Positions 18,101 through 26,874 of a stretch of 28,424 nucleotides of DNA are shown here, piece after piece. The position numbers were made by a program, and so were the translations under genes. The DNA comes from an uncultured Gammaproteobacteria bacterium. GTDB lineage: Bacteria; Patescibacteriota; Microgenomatia; Daviesbacterales; UBA10151. The DNA lies in assembly GCA_964560075.1 (NCBI GenBank), contig CAZLKE010000007.1, positions 474-28,897 of the forward strand. Reading direction: 5' to 3'. How positions within the stretch are numbered: position 1 is the stretch's first letter; every line of letters begins with the position of its first letter. The notes below the pieces were generated by a model. The model ran no database searches, was not told the origin of the DNA, and saw only the letters and a program-made list of their open reading frames with translations.

Positions 18101-18717
18101 GCTCGATCTTGAGCATTGGCCATTTTTTCAAGATCTTTTTTGATAATATCTTCTGTAACCTTAGCGGCTAGTTCTTTATAAGGGTGAGACTGAAGCTCAA
18201 AGAAATAATTTTCCTCCCCAAAGATATTGATATAAGTTTTAGCAATATCTTCGGCCTTTTTTAGATCATCATCTTCTAGGTTGCGAATTAACTCTCCTGC
18301 AGGACAACCTGATAAACAGATCAATCCTTCGTGACATTCTTTAAGCAACTCTTTATCAACCCTTGGTTTGTAATAGAAACCGTCTAAATAAGAGATTGAG
18401 ACCAGTTTCATTAAGTTGCGATAGCCTTGATAGTTTTTAGCAAGCAATATTAAATGATACGGATCAATGTCTAATTTTCCTTCTTTGCTTTTATGAGAAC
18501 GAGGTGCAACGTAAACTTCACAACCGATAATTGGCTTAACCCCTTCTGAAACACACGCTTTATAAAATTCAACAGTACCATACATGCTTCCGTGGTCTGT
18601 GATCGCCAAAGCATCCATTCCTAAATTCTTTGTTTCTTTAACCAGTTTAGAAATTTTTGGCAGTCCGTCCAGAAGCGAATATTCAGTATGACCGTGAAGA
18701 TGAACGAATTTCCCCAT
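15145..18717 (-). CDS. dnaE: DNA polymerase III subunit alpha
   Basis: PHP HLHGHTEYSLLDG, RGSAAGS, LPDIDAD, RHASVHAAG, KMDFLG, FNKSHA, OB-fold C-terminus. No intein motifs. Confidence 0.97.
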   Translation of the reverse strand: MGKFVHLHGHTEYSLLDGLPKISKLVKETKNLGMDALAITDHGSMYGTVEFYKACVSEGVKPIIGCEVYVAPRSHKSKEGKLDIDPYHLILLAKNYQGYRNLMKLVSISYLDGFYYKPRVDKELLKECHEGLICLSGCPAGELIRNLEDDDLKKAEDIAKTYINIFGEENYFFELQSHPYKELAAKVTEDIIKKDLEKMANAQDRAFKAIKELSPKLGIPVVATNDFHYIKKEDAEVQDALICIQTGKLLTDVNRLRMIDTPDYYLKSPEEMLETFKDMPEMLDTSVKIAKMTNLEIPLGKSHFPIFKTPNNKTSMEYLRKLTYEGAEKKLKITPEEKERIEYELDIIEYKGYADYFLVVSDFMEWAHQEGIITNTRGSAAGSIILYCLGVTNLNPLDYLLPFERFLTKLRPSLPDIDADLADDRRDDVIRYVMKKYGEDRVAHIVTFGTMMGRAALRDIGRVMGMGYGEVDSLAKLVPPPHQGFHKPLHEVVKEVLELAGLYASNPQVKKLFDLAMKIEGTVRHASVHAAGIVISPEEITHFTPLQKEANGDKVVCQYDMFSVEDAGLVKMDFLGIRNLSILGRAVEYVRQNRGVDIDLNKINIDDKKAYDLLARGETMGIFQLSSEGMTKYLMELRPTNIPDLAAMVALYRPGPLGVIPEYISRKRDPKLIKYYDPRMQSYMQQSLGLLVYQEDVLYSAINIAGYSWEDADKFRKAMGKKIPAEMEKQKGKFVEGCVKNGMDQKQADDLFALIAPFAAYGFNKSHAASYAMVAYHTAYMKANYPVEFMAAVMTAEYGDADKIANAIEECKKMGIPVLPPDINKSFVGFTIEKLSDLSKEELVRQIGQVKNSKFSEGIRFGLSAIKNVGVHAIESIIEGRKEKPFIFLMDLLTKVDTRLCNKKTMESLIKAGALDHLGSRSAQLMSLEECLEEAHKLAKASMGGQVSLFDGLDSSHNEIKFELPDVEELPLEQLLSFEKELLGFYLHEPPYIKDLRKIKEFISTRISEFDDSKVGEKIVVGGVLSEVKKVLTKKDASEMAFLRVFDGSGEIECVVFPKLYAVQKKILLKEQVVVMWGRLDKRDDNFSLVIDNIDKFDPSNFPVVDISTGSVRKGHLKEVEIEFPRIADSELLKRVHVELKKYPGTSPISILIPSGNTLKKMDLSFRVNPGNELIKSVESILGSGSIRLI

Positions 18718-18735
18718 ATTTTTTTAAGTTTCCAA

Positions 18736-18749
18736 TCCGCTCAGGCGGA
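18736..18749. repeat. small GC hairpin in the dnaE 5' region
   Basis: TCCGC-TCAG-GCGGA, same type as 14072-14088. Lies between TG-T-TAAAAT (18773-18765, minus) and the dnaE ATG. Confidence 0.5.
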
Positions 18750-18834
18750 AACATTTGTTAAATTATTTTAACAGCTCTAAGCATGGAGATTTCAAGTAGG
18801 AAAATTGTAAGGATTTTATGGTAAAATTCTGCCC

Positions 18835-19092
18835 ATGATAGAAGTTATCAATTCAAAAAAGATTGCCGGCGAATTAGGTCTTCACCGCCCTGCTATGTGG
18901 AAAAGGGTTCTTGAATCTCTTAGTCTCAGGGAGGTAACACCTGTAGATATTTGTCCAAAATACAATTTAGGTAGATTATACGCCTATTTTCCAGATCTAA
19001 TGGGAGATAATACAGCAATTGGAATTGGAGATGATGGAATGTGCCAATCCTGGCGAGGTCACAGGAGATGGTATCGGTCTTTACTCGCTTAA
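18835..19092 (+). CDS. hypothetical protein
   Basis: 85-aa ORF; ATG 7 nt after TG-G-TAAAAT (18819-18827). Confidence 0.55.
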   Translation: MIEVINSKKIAGELGLHRPAMWKRVLESLSLREVTPVDICPKYNLGRLYAYFPDLMGDNTAIGIGDDGMCQSWRGHRRWYRSLLA

Positions 19093-20400
19093 TAGCTTTT
19101 CCAAGATTTGCCTTAGTTTAGAAGTATCGGCTTTACCACCAGTTTTTCGCATCACATTACCGATAAAGGCTTGCAGGATTGTAGTTTTGCCTGCCTTGTA
19201 AGCTAATACGAACTGAGGACTCTCTTCAATTGTTTCTTTAGCTAACTTAGTCAGAGTCTCTTCATCTTCGATTATTCCTAACTTTTTACTTAAAATAACT
19301 TCAATAAGAGCTAGTGGTGTGGTTTTTTGGAAATCAACTTTTTGGTTTACGATATAGTTCGCAACTTGGCTTTCAGTCACATCTTTATCTTTACCAATAG
19401 TCACAGCATCCTCAAAAAAATTTGCTAAATTTTTGTTTTCAGTTAGAATTGAGGCATTAGCTTTTGAGATTTGATACTGCTGCACAAATCTCTTCATTTT
19501 TTCGTGAGGTAACTCAGGCGTTTCTTGCTTGGCTTTTAACTCTAGGTTCTGCAGTCTCATTTCAGGCAAATCTGGTTCAGGGAAATAGCGATAATCATGA
19601 GCTTCTTCTTTAGTTCTTTGAACATAAGTTTGTCTTTTATCCTCATCCCAACCTCTAGTTTCTTGGACTAACTTCTCTCCTTTTTCTAAGCTTTCAGTCT
19701 GACGCTTGATTTCATATTCCACAGCCTGAGCCATAAATCTAAACGAGTTAATATTTTTTAACTCTACCCGGTAATTTGGTAACTCTTTTTGGCCCACTGG
19801 GCGAACCGAGATATTAGCTTCAAGCCGCATATCTCCATGCTCCATATCAGCATTGGATACTCCTAAATATCTAAAAATTTGCTGGAGTTTTTTGGCGTAA
19901 TCTTTAATTTGAGCTGTATCTGTAAAATCCGGTTCTGTAACTATTTCAACTAGGGGTACATCTGAGCGGTTGTAGTCAATCAGAGTTTCATTTCCAGAAT
20001 GCATTAATTTCCCAGTATCCTCTTCCTGATGAGCCCTGTTAATTCTTACTATTTTTACTTCTCCTTTTTCATTCTCAACTTCAATCCAACCATTTATAGC
20101 AATTGGCAAAACAAGCTGAGAGATCTGATAACCTTTAGGCAGATCTGGGTAGAAGTAGTTTTTGCGCTCAAAGTAGCTTACTTTATTAACAGAGCAATTC
20201 AGGGCTAAACCAATTTTGATACAGTTTTCTATTGCTTGCTCATTTATATAAGGAAGCGCTCCGGGAAGACCTAAACACACAGGACAGGTGTGAGTGTTTG
20301 GTTCTTTACCAAAATAATCCGCGCTGCAGCGGCAAAACATTTTAGTTTTGGTATTTAGTTCTACATGGATTTCAAGCCCCATCACTGGTTCGTATTTCAT
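19081..20400 (-). CDS. gatB: Asp-tRNA(Asn)/Glu-tRNA(Gln) amidotransferase subunit B
   Basis: MGLEIHVEL, CPVCLGLPGALP, RKNYFYPDLPKGYQISQ, EIVTEPD, DYRYFPEPDLP. ATG at 20400 overlaps the gatA TGA. Confidence 0.97.
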   Translation of the reverse strand: MKYEPVMGLEIHVELNTKTKMFCRCSADYFGKEPNTHTCPVCLGLPGALPYINEQAIENCIKIGLALNCSVNKVSYFERKNYFYPDLPKGYQISQLVLPIAINGWIEVENEKGEVKIVRINRAHQEEDTGKLMHSGNETLIDYNRSDVPLVEIVTEPDFTDTAQIKDYAKKLQQIFRYLGVSNADMEHGDMRLEANISVRPVGQKELPNYRVELKNINSFRFMAQAVEYEIKRQTESLEKGEKLVQETRGWDEDKRQTYVQRTKEEAHDYRYFPEPDLPEMRLQNLELKAKQETPELPHEKMKRFVQQYQISKANASILTENKNLANFFEDAVTIGKDKDVTESQVANYIVNQKVDFQKTTPLALIEVILSKKLGIIEDEETLTKLAKETIEESPQFVLAYKAGKTTILQAFIGNVMRKTGGKADTSKLRQILEKLLSE

Positions 20401-21785
20401 AATTTTGGTTTCTCCTTGTACCAATCTGTTGATTTCTCATATACTTCACCAACATTTAAGATCGTTTCCTCATCCATATATTTTCCAAGTATTTGCAATC
20501 CAACTGGTAAGCCGTCCACAAAACCGCATGGAACAGAAAGTCCTGGAATACCGGCTAAACTGGCTGGAATTGTATAAACATCTGATAGATACATCATTAG
20601 TGGATCTGAAATCTTCTCTCCCAAATTCCAAGCAACAGTTGGTGAAACAGGTCCGACAATAACGTCGCATTTTTGGAAGGCTTTCTCAAAATCCTGTTTA
20701 ATTAAAGTTCGAACCTTAGCAGCTTTTGTAAAATAAGCTTCATAATATCCGCTAGACAGAGCAAAAGTACCCAACATAATTCTTCTTTTTGTTTCATCAC
20801 CAAAATGGTCTCTAGAATTACCAAATCTAATTCCGTCAAACCGAGCAAGATTTGAAGAAACTTCAGAGAACATCATGGTGTAATAAACTTCAACAGCGTA
20901 CTGGGTATGAGGTAAACTGATCTCCACAACCTCAACACCTAATTTAACCATTTGATCTATAGCGTTCCGGACAACTTTTTCAACATTTTTATCTAACCCC
21001 TCTCCGAAATACTCCTTAGGCACACCAATCTTGATTCCTTTAAGAGATTGCCGCGTCGGTCGCCTGAGGCGACCTCCTCGCAATGACGTCATTGCGAGAC
21101 CACGCAGTGGCGAAGCAATCTCGACGACATTTGAATCATATCCATCTGGTCCAGAAATCCATTCTAAAACTAACCTTGCATCTGCAACTGTCTTTGTAAA
21201 TGGACCAATTTGATCCAAAGATGAAGCCATAGCAATTGATCCATATCTTGAGACCCTTCCATAGCTTGGCTTAAGTCCAACAACCCCAGTTAAAGAAGCA
21301 GGCTGGCGGATAGAACCTCCAGTATCTGTTCCTAAACTAAACACACATAAATCGGCTGCAACGGCTGCAGCAGATCCGCTTGATGAACCTCCCGGTACTT
21401 TAGTTAAATTCCAAGGATTCTTTGTAGGTCCATAAGCAGAATTTTCTCCGGATGAACCCATAGCAAATTCATCATTGTTTAATTTCCCAATTATGTTTAC
21501 GTTTTGGGATTTAAGCTTTTTAATGACTGTTGCATCATAGGGTGGAATAAAATTACTCAAAATTTTAGATCCTGCCGTAGTTTTTATCCCCTGAGTACAA
21601 ATTATATCCTTTATTCCTGATGGTATGCCCTTAGTTTGATTCACAACCTCTAAAAAAGCATTAAGCTTTGGATTTAACGATTGAATTCTTTTTAGATAAG
21701 CTTCATTTAACTCTGATTCAGAGAACTTATTTTCTTTGAGGGCATCTATAGTTTGCAGTAAAGAAAGCGAAGTTAAATCACTCAT
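20397..21785 (-). CDS. gatA: amidotransferase subunit A, carrying an in-frame palindromic element
   Basis: IKD, GKLNNDEFAMGSS, PGGSSSGSAAAVA, GTDTGGSIRQPA, SSLDQIGP. Likely start MSDLT at 21785 overlaps the gatC stop. Confidence 0.96.
   Translation of the reverse strand: MSDLTSLSLLQTIDALKENKFSESELNEAYLKRIQSLNPKLNAFLEVVNQTKGIPSGIKDIICTQGIKTTAGSKILSNFIPPYDATVIKKLKSQNVNIIGKLNNDEFAMGSSGENSAYGPTKNPWNLTKVPGGSSSGSAAAVAADLCVFSLGTDTGGSIRQPASLTGVVGLKPSYGRVSRYGSIAMASSLDQIGPFTKTVADARLVLEWISGPDGYDSNVVEIASPLRGLAMTSLRGGRLRRPTRQSLKGIKIGVPKEYFGEGLDKNVEKVVRNAIDQMVKLGVEVVEISLPHTQYAVEVYYTMMFSEVSSNLARFDGIRFGNSRDHFGDETKRRIMLGTFALSSGYYEAYFTKAAKVRTLIKQDFEKAFQKCDVIVGPVSPTVAWNLGEKISDPLMMYLSDVYTIPASLAGIPGLSVPCGFVDGLPVGLQILGKYMDEETILNVGEVYEKSTDWYKEKPKL
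21044..21122. mobile_element. 79-nt bipartite palindromic element (RPE/REP-like) inside gatA
   Basis: GAGATTGC...GCAATCTC terminal inverted repeat, perfect 22-bp central palindrome CTCGCAATGAC|GTCATTGCGAG (21077-21098), internal hairpin GGTCGCC-TGA-GGCGACC (21058-21074). Confidence 0.8.
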
Positions 21786-22071
21786 TTTCAAATACTCCTT
21801 TTGTGGCAAAAAATCCATTCTTTTTTAAGCTTGCATTTTGAAGAGCCCCTTCCTGAGTCAAGCAATCTTTAGGAACATCTTCTGCCATGACACTAACTAC
21901 CTCAGACACATTATATGTAGAAGCTACTCCAGTCGTATCAACCTTATTCAGCTGGTCGATATAATCTAAAATTTTAGAAAGCTGATCAGAATATTCTTTA
22001 GTTTCTTCTTCAGTTAAAGGTAAATTAGCAAGTTTCGCTACGTGTTTGACCTGAGTCTCTGACAACTTCAT
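21778..22071 (-). CDS. gatC: amidotransferase subunit C
   Basis: VKHVAKLANL, ILDYIDQL..VDT, AL.NA....GFF; directly upstream of gatA. Confidence 0.95.
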   Translation of the reverse strand: MKLSETQVKHVAKLANLPLTEEETKEYSDQLSKILDYIDQLNKVDTTGVASTYNVSEVVSVMAEDVPKDCLTQEGALQNASLKKNGFFATKGVFENE

Positions 22072-22994
22072 ACCTTACCCTCCATAGCCATCAAGGCCTT
22101 AACTCTTTCCTGTATTGGAGGGTGAGTGTTAAAAAGATTAGCAAACCAACCAACTACCTCACTTCCTTTTAATGGATTTACAATGTAAAGATGTGCTGTT
22201 GCACGATTAGCAACCTCTAATGGTTCTTTATCTCCTGCTATTTTTTGCAAAGCATACGCTAGTTGTTCTGGATCCCGAGTAAGATAAGCACCTGAAGCAT
22301 CAGCTAAAAACTCTCTTCTTCTGGAAATTGCAAGTTGAATCAGTGTCCCAATTATTGGAGCGAGAAAAGCTGCAATTAGTGCAATAATTAAAACAATTTG
22401 ATTAGACTTATTTTCTGAATCTCTATTTCGTCCACCAAACCATGTGATTCTCAAAAACCAATCTGCCAAAAGTGCAACCAAACCTACTAAGATTGAAACT
22501 ACAGTCATAAGAAGGGTATCTCTATTTTTGATGTGAGATAACTCATGAGCAATAACCCCCTCCAACTCAGGTTTATTTAACTTATCTAAAATACCTGTAG
22601 TAAAGGCAACTGCAGAATGTTTGGGGTCTCTGCCTGTAGCAAAAGCATTAGGTGCGGAATCATTTATTATATAAACTTTTGGCATTGGCTGGCCTGAGGC
22701 TATTGATAAGTTTTCTGCTAACCTAAAGAGCTCAGGATGGTCTTGTTTTTGAATCTGCTTAGCACCTGAAATCGCTAGGACCATTTTGTCAGAATAATAA
22801 TAAGAGAAAAAATTCATAACCCCAGCGACGATAAAAGAGATTCCTACTAAACTTAAACCACTTGCTTCATCAAATCCAAGTCCCAAAGCAAAAATATAAG
22901 AAACAGCTACCGCAAAAATAGAAAAGAGAAACATTATTAACCATGTTTTAAATATATTTGAAGAGATTTGGTTCTGTGCCGTAGCTATAGCCAT
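22068..22994 (-). CDS. htpX: M48 family zinc metalloprotease HtpX
   Basis: PNAFATGR, HELSH, SRRREFLAD, THPP; transmembrane segments. Confidence 0.92.
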   Translation of the reverse strand: MAIATAQNQISSNIFKTWLIMFLFSIFAVAVSYIFALGLGFDEASGLSLVGISFIVAGVMNFFSYYYSDKMVLAISGAKQIQKQDHPELFRLAENLSIASGQPMPKVYIINDSAPNAFATGRDPKHSAVAFTTGILDKLNKPELEGVIAHELSHIKNRDTLLMTVVSILVGLVALLADWFLRITWFGGRNRDSENKSNQIVLIIALIAAFLAPIIGTLIQLAISRRREFLADASGAYLTRDPEQLAYALQKIAGDKEPLEVANRATAHLYIVNPLKGSEVVGWFANLFNTHPPIQERVKALMAMEGKV

Positions 22995-23010
22995 GAGTGT
23001 ATTATACAGC

Positions 23011-23562
23011 CTAGAAGTTAACTTTTATATCGGCTTTCTCTTCTTCAGTAGCTTTGAAGAATTCCTCTTGCCTAAAATTAAACATATTTGCAAAGATAAA
23101 ATTTGGGAAAGTTTGAAGTGAGGTATTAAAATCCAAAACATTTACATTATAAAACTGGCGAGCTGCAGCAACTTTAGTTTCAGTATCAGAAAGCTCTGTT
23201 TGAAGTTGTTTGAAATTTTCAGAAGCTTTTAAGTCTGGATAGTTTTCAGCAACAGCAAATAGCGATTTCAAAGCTCCTGTTAACATGTTATTAGCATCCG
23301 CCTGGTTATGCGGTCCTTTAGCTTCCATTAAGGCTGTTCGCGCTTTAGTAACCTCTGTTAAAACTTCTTTTTCATGCTTAACATAACCTTGAACAGTTTC
23401 AATTAAATTTGGAATTAAAGAGGATCTTCTTTTTAGCTGAACATCGATTTGAGAATAAGCCTCATGAACCCGGTTTCTTTTAATAATTAAGCTGTTATAA
23501 ATTGCAATTACAAAAACTACAATTAGAAGTAAGATTCCCCCAGCTATAAGTAATGCGGTCAT
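23011..23562 (-). CDS. lemA: LemA family protein
   Basis: N-terminal helix, YNSL...[33 protein letters not shown]. Confidence 0.93.
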   Translation of the reverse strand: MTALLIAGGILLLIVVFVIAIYNSLIIKRNRVHEAYSQIDVQLKRRSSLIPNLIETVQGYVKHEKEVLTEVTKARTALMEAKGPHNQADANNMLTGALKSLFAVAENYPDLKASENFKQLQTELSDTETKVAAARQFYNVNVLDFNTSLQTFPNFIFANMFNFRQEEFFKATEEEKADIKVNF

Positions 23563-25313
23563 GATTTAATATTAAACCAATCCGAAAACTTTTTCCAGTC
23601 CCAGGTATTAACAATGTCCTCTTCTGTGGCCCAACCACGCCTTGCAACCGCAATTCCAAACTTAATATTTTCCATTTGCGAAACTTCATGAGCATCAGAA
23701 TCAATAATAAGTTTTACACCAAATCCGATAGCCATCCTAACTAAGTCATCTCTAAGATCAAGCCTGTCTGGAAAGGAATTTATTTCAAGTAATTTTTTGT
23801 TTTGGGCACAAAACTTAAAGATTGGCTCCCAATCAGCATCATATGAATCTCTTTGGTTCAGAAGCCTACCTGTTGGATGAGCCAGTATATCAACATAAGG
23901 ATTTTTTAAAGCATTAAGGATTCGCTGTGTCATTTTATCCTTTTCCATCCGGTGTGAAGAATGAATACCAGCAATGACGTAATCTAGTGTTTTTAAAGCC
24001 TCATCTGGCACAGAAAGCTTCCCATTCGGAAGAATATCTATTTCGAGTCCATTTATTACTCGAACACTTTTTCCCGAGTACTTAATGTCTTCAATGAAAT
24101 TCGTACGTTTTTCAATAAGATTAATAATCTCTTTTTCGGAGTGGTTCGAGACAGACGGAGAATGATCGGAAATTCCAATATATTCATAGTTCAACTCGAT
24201 AGCCTTTTTAACAATCTCTTGGATTGAATTTACACCTGGACCATGCGATGGCTCCAGGGGAAAATCAGAATGTGTATGTAAATCACCTTTAATGCTTCCA
24301 TACTCAACAAGTTTTGGCAGCTCATACTTTAAGGCCGCGTCAATCTCATTTGTATCCTCTCGAAGCTCAGGAGGAGGTGTTTGCATATTTAGTAACTTAT
24401 AAAGTCTATCTTCATTTGGTATCTCTATTAACTTATTATGTTTTAAATCTTTAACCCCATGCTCACTTATAGAGTAACCTCTCTCTTCAGCTAAACCTCT
24501 TAAATGAATATTATGCTGTTTTGAGCCTGTAAAATGCTGTAAAATCGCCCCGAAACTCTCTGGCGCACCAACTAACAAATCCGCCTGAAAACCTGATTTA
24601 AGCAATACTGTCGCCTTCTCACGACCTTTATTCATCACACGTATAACATCAGGCATGTTGATAAAATGACCAACAACTTTCTCAGGATGTTTTGAAGACA
24701 CAGCAAAATCTAAATCTCCAATAGTTGCAACCCTCCTTCTTAAACTACCCAATGCTTCAACTGCTAAGACATCTTTGCTACTTTTTAGATTATCTAAAAT
24801 ACGCTCTGCATGAGCGAAAGCAATGGGCAGAAGTATGCGGCCTTTTTCAGACAAAGCTACAGATAGTCCCTGGAAGATATTAGCTAAAGTTTTTTCTGTA
24901 AAACCCCTTTCAAGCAACACACCGTTCTCAATTTTATTCCTAAGATCATCTATACTTTTGATACCTGTATCAACTATTTTTTTAGCAGTTTTGGGTCCTA
25001 TTTCTGGTATCTCTAATAGATCAAAAAATACTGGTGGCAAACCCTTGGTTATTACTTCAAAGTGCTTTACTCTTCCTGCCTTAAACAGTTCATCCAGGTG
25101 GCTTTGAATATTCTTTCCTATTCCTGGTACCTGATCTAACTTCTCCTCTTCCCACAAATCCTTAACCTCAGCTGTAGAGTGTTCTATGGCATCTGCTGCA
25201 GTCTCATAAGCACGGATTTGGAAGATACTGACATTTTTTAAAGTTAAGGCTGCAGCAACATCCCGAAGAAGCTTTGCAATCTCCTGGTTATTAAAACCGT
25301 ACTTCTTAGCCAC
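23559..25313 (-). CDS. polX: DNA polymerase X family with PHP domain
   Basis: AY..AA..I, GSLRR...TIGDLDF (DxD intact), [40 protein letters not shown] start at 25313 lies 6 nt after TG-T-TACTAT; the ORF-track extension overlaps tRNA-Asp. Confidence 0.93.
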   Translation of the reverse strand: MAKKYGFNNQEIAKLLRDVAAALTLKNVSIFQIRAYETAADAIEHSTAEVKDLWEEEKLDQVPGIGKNIQSHLDELFKAGRVKHFEVITKGLPPVFFDLLEIPEIGPKTAKKIVDTGIKSIDDLRNKIENGVLLERGFTEKTLANIFQGLSVALSEKGRILLPIAFAHAERILDNLKSSKDVLAVEALGSLRRRVATIGDLDFAVSSKHPEKVVGHFINMPDVIRVMNKGREKATVLLKSGFQADLLVGAPESFGAILQHFTGSKQHNIHLRGLAEERGYSISEHGVKDLKHNKLIEIPNEDRLYKLLNMQTPPPELREDTNEIDAALKYELPKLVEYGSIKGDLHTHSDFPLEPSHGPGVNSIQEIVKKAIELNYEYIGISDHSPSVSNHSEKEIINLIEKRTNFIEDIKYSGKSVRVINGLEIDILPNGKLSVPDEALKTLDYVIAGIHSSHRMEKDKMTQRILNALKNPYVDILAHPTGRLLNQRDSYDADWEPIFKFCAQNKKLLEINSFPDRLDLRDDLVRMAIGFGVKLIIDSDAHEVSQMENIKFGIAVARRGWATEEDIVNTWDWKKFSDWFNIKS

Positions 25314-25334
25314 AGATATATAGTAACACTTTAA

Positions 25335-25363
25335 TTGACCGAAGCTATACACTCTGATAAAAT
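25335..25363 (+). promoter_or_regulatory. sigma70-type promoter for tRNA-Asp
   Basis: TTGACC, 17 nt, TAAAAT with extended TG. Confidence 0.7.
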
Positions 25364-25373
25364 ACTCACACCT

Positions 25374-25447
25374 GGGGCCGTAGTGAAGAGGCCTATCACG
25401 TCTCCCTGTCACGGAGAAGAACGCCGGTTCGAATCCGGTCGGTCCCG
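25374..25447 (+). tRNA. tRNA-Asp (anticodon GTC); 3' end reads G-CCT rather than G-CCA
   Basis: GGGGCCG-TA-GTGA/TCAC-G-TCTCC CTGTCAC GGAGA-AGAAC-GCCGG TTCGAAT CCGGT-CGGTCCC-G. Confidence 0.94.
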
Positions 25448-25489
25448 CCTTCGTCTCGCTGAAGCTCGACTACGGCGGGTAAAACCCGC
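25444..25489. repeat. palindromic element overlapping the tRNA-Asp 3' end
   Basis: CCCGCC-TTC-GTC-N12-GAC-TAC-GGCGGG followed by GCGGGT-AAA-ACCCGC (25475-25489). Confidence 0.65.
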
Positions 25490-25718
25490 AAGTAGTTCGA
25501 GCGAAAGCGGAATTCCTCTCTGTTTTGGTACAATATACCCCAGATGTATTATGTTTATTTTCTTCTCTTAGGGAACAACACAATTTAGTAGCACCCTAGT
25601 AATTTGTGCCAAAAGTATCAATTGACATAGTTTGATCTATTGACAAGTTAACAAAAGTACGATAAAAATGGCTCAACATTTTTATCACTGCCCAAAATGA
25701 AAAAAAGGATTAACAGAA

Positions 25719-26465
25719 GTGGCAAAACAGAAAAAAACAGCTAAGCAAAAATCACAGACACAAAACCTCTCCCGCGTCACAGTCAGCAAGTCTCAAGAAG
25801 AAAATAAATCTTTCTTGCAAAAACTTCAAGAAGACTTGGACATCAAAGGTTCATACTTAAACTTAGTCCTTGGAGTTTTAATCGTTGTAGTTGCAGGAGT
25901 CTTACTTTTCAATTACTTCAACAAACCGAACGGAGACCTTGGTCCATCTCAAAATTCTAATCAAGAAACTAGCGAAACAACAGATGTAAGCAAAGAGAAT
26001 CTTCCTGGAAAATATACTGTTAAGGAGGATGATACTTTATACACTATAGCTGAAAAATATTACGGGGATGGATTTCAATTTAGCGAAATTGTAAAAACAA
26101 ATAATCTTGCAGATGAAAATGTAATTGAAGTTGGACAAGTTTTAGAAATTCCTAAAATAGAACTTGCTCAAGCAAATCCGACCCCTACCCCAACACCAGC
26201 TGCTAGCCCTAGTCCGATTCTTTCTGCTGATGCAGATTCACAAACTCAACCAGTTGCAGGAGGCAAAGGCGGAGCAGAGAATCAGACCGAGTGGGGTGAG
26301 AAAATTACTTCTGATACCTACACTGTTCAAGAAGGCGATTGGTTATCAAAGATTGCTGGTCGAGCTTATGGTGATATTTTCGTATATCAAAAGATTGCTG
26401 AAGCTAACAATATCGCAAATCCTGATGTAATCGAACCAGGAATGATCCTTAAAATCCCTAGATAA
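25719..26465 (+). CDS. membrane-anchored protein with two LysM domains
   Basis: Basic N-terminus, one transmembrane helix, YTVKEDDTLYTIA...YG...N.L...I.VGQVL.IP, PT-rich linker, YTVQEGDWLSKIA...YG...I.PG..LKIP. Confidence 0.92.
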   Translation: MAKQKKTAKQKSQTQNLSRVTVSKSQEENKSFLQKLQEDLDIKGSYLNLVLGVLIVVVAGVLLFNYFNKPNGDLGPSQNSNQETSETTDVSKENLPGKYTVKEDDTLYTIAEKYYGDGFQFSEIVKTNNLADENVIEVGQVLEIPKIELAQANPTPTPTPAASPSPILSADADSQTQPVAGGKGGAENQTEWGEKITSDTYTVQEGDWLSKIAGRAYGDIFVYQKIAEANNIANPDVIEPGMILKIPR

Positions 26466-26772
26466 ATTCATCTTCTATTTCGCTTCTGATGATATCAAAA
26501 CCTTCTGGGCAACCATTTGGTATTTGTCTTCTTAAATCTTTCACTGTAACTTTAGTAAGTTGAGCTTCCATAACTGGAGAAAGTCGCATGTTTCCAAATA
26601 ATTCTCTTCTAAAATCATCCCGTGCCAATAGCACATGACAACCAGGCTGTCCTTTATTAGCTAAAGATCTTGCATAAGAAGGACAACCTAAACTTCTGCA
26701 GACAACAGCTTTATCCTCCGTTAATACACCTTCTCTGACACTTTCAGGCAAGTCCTCAATCATTTTACGCAC
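26458..26772 (-). CDS. hypothetical protein (Cys-containing)
   Basis: 104-aa ORF convergent on the LysM gene, no family motif. Confidence 0.5.
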   Translation of the reverse strand: MRKMIEDLPESVREGVLTEDKAVVCRSLGCPSYARSLANKGQPGCHVLLARDDFRRELFGNMRLSPVMEAQLTKVTVKDLRRQIPNGCPEGFDIIRSEIEDEFI

Positions 26773-26842
26773 TTTATCACGTCTTTATTTGTATTTCAAA
26801 CACCAAATTTATGATCAGAAGGATGATATAATAACTACCGAC

Positions 26843-26862
26843 GCGGTGGTAGTTCAGCGGTA
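26843..26862 (+). pseudogene. orphan 20-nt tRNA 5' fragment (Gly-like)
   Basis: GCGGTGG-TA-GTTC-AGCGGTA matches the downstream tRNA-Gly 5' end at 14/20, including T8, A9, G10, A14, G15 and GG. It starts 10 nt after TG-A-TATAAT (26824-26832). Confidence 0.6.
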
Positions 26863-26874
26863 TCCGCCACATTT

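Noticed and set aside
15145-18717. Intein in DnaE
   Set aside because: Length is near normal, NKSH and other motifs are contiguous, no C...HN splice motifs or LAGLIDADG blocks; only short loop insertions.
25314-25412. N-terminal extension of PolX in the ORF track
   Set aside because: It overlaps tRNA-Asp and its promoter antisense; GTG 25313 has its own extended -10.
238-26430. Numerous 60-150 aa ORFs nested in or antisense to recognised genes (e.g. 238-471, 12034-12492, 16387-16647, 21031-21213, 25335-25571, 26164-26430)
   Set aside because: They overlap well-supported genes or tRNAs and lack motifs; treated as shadow ORFs.
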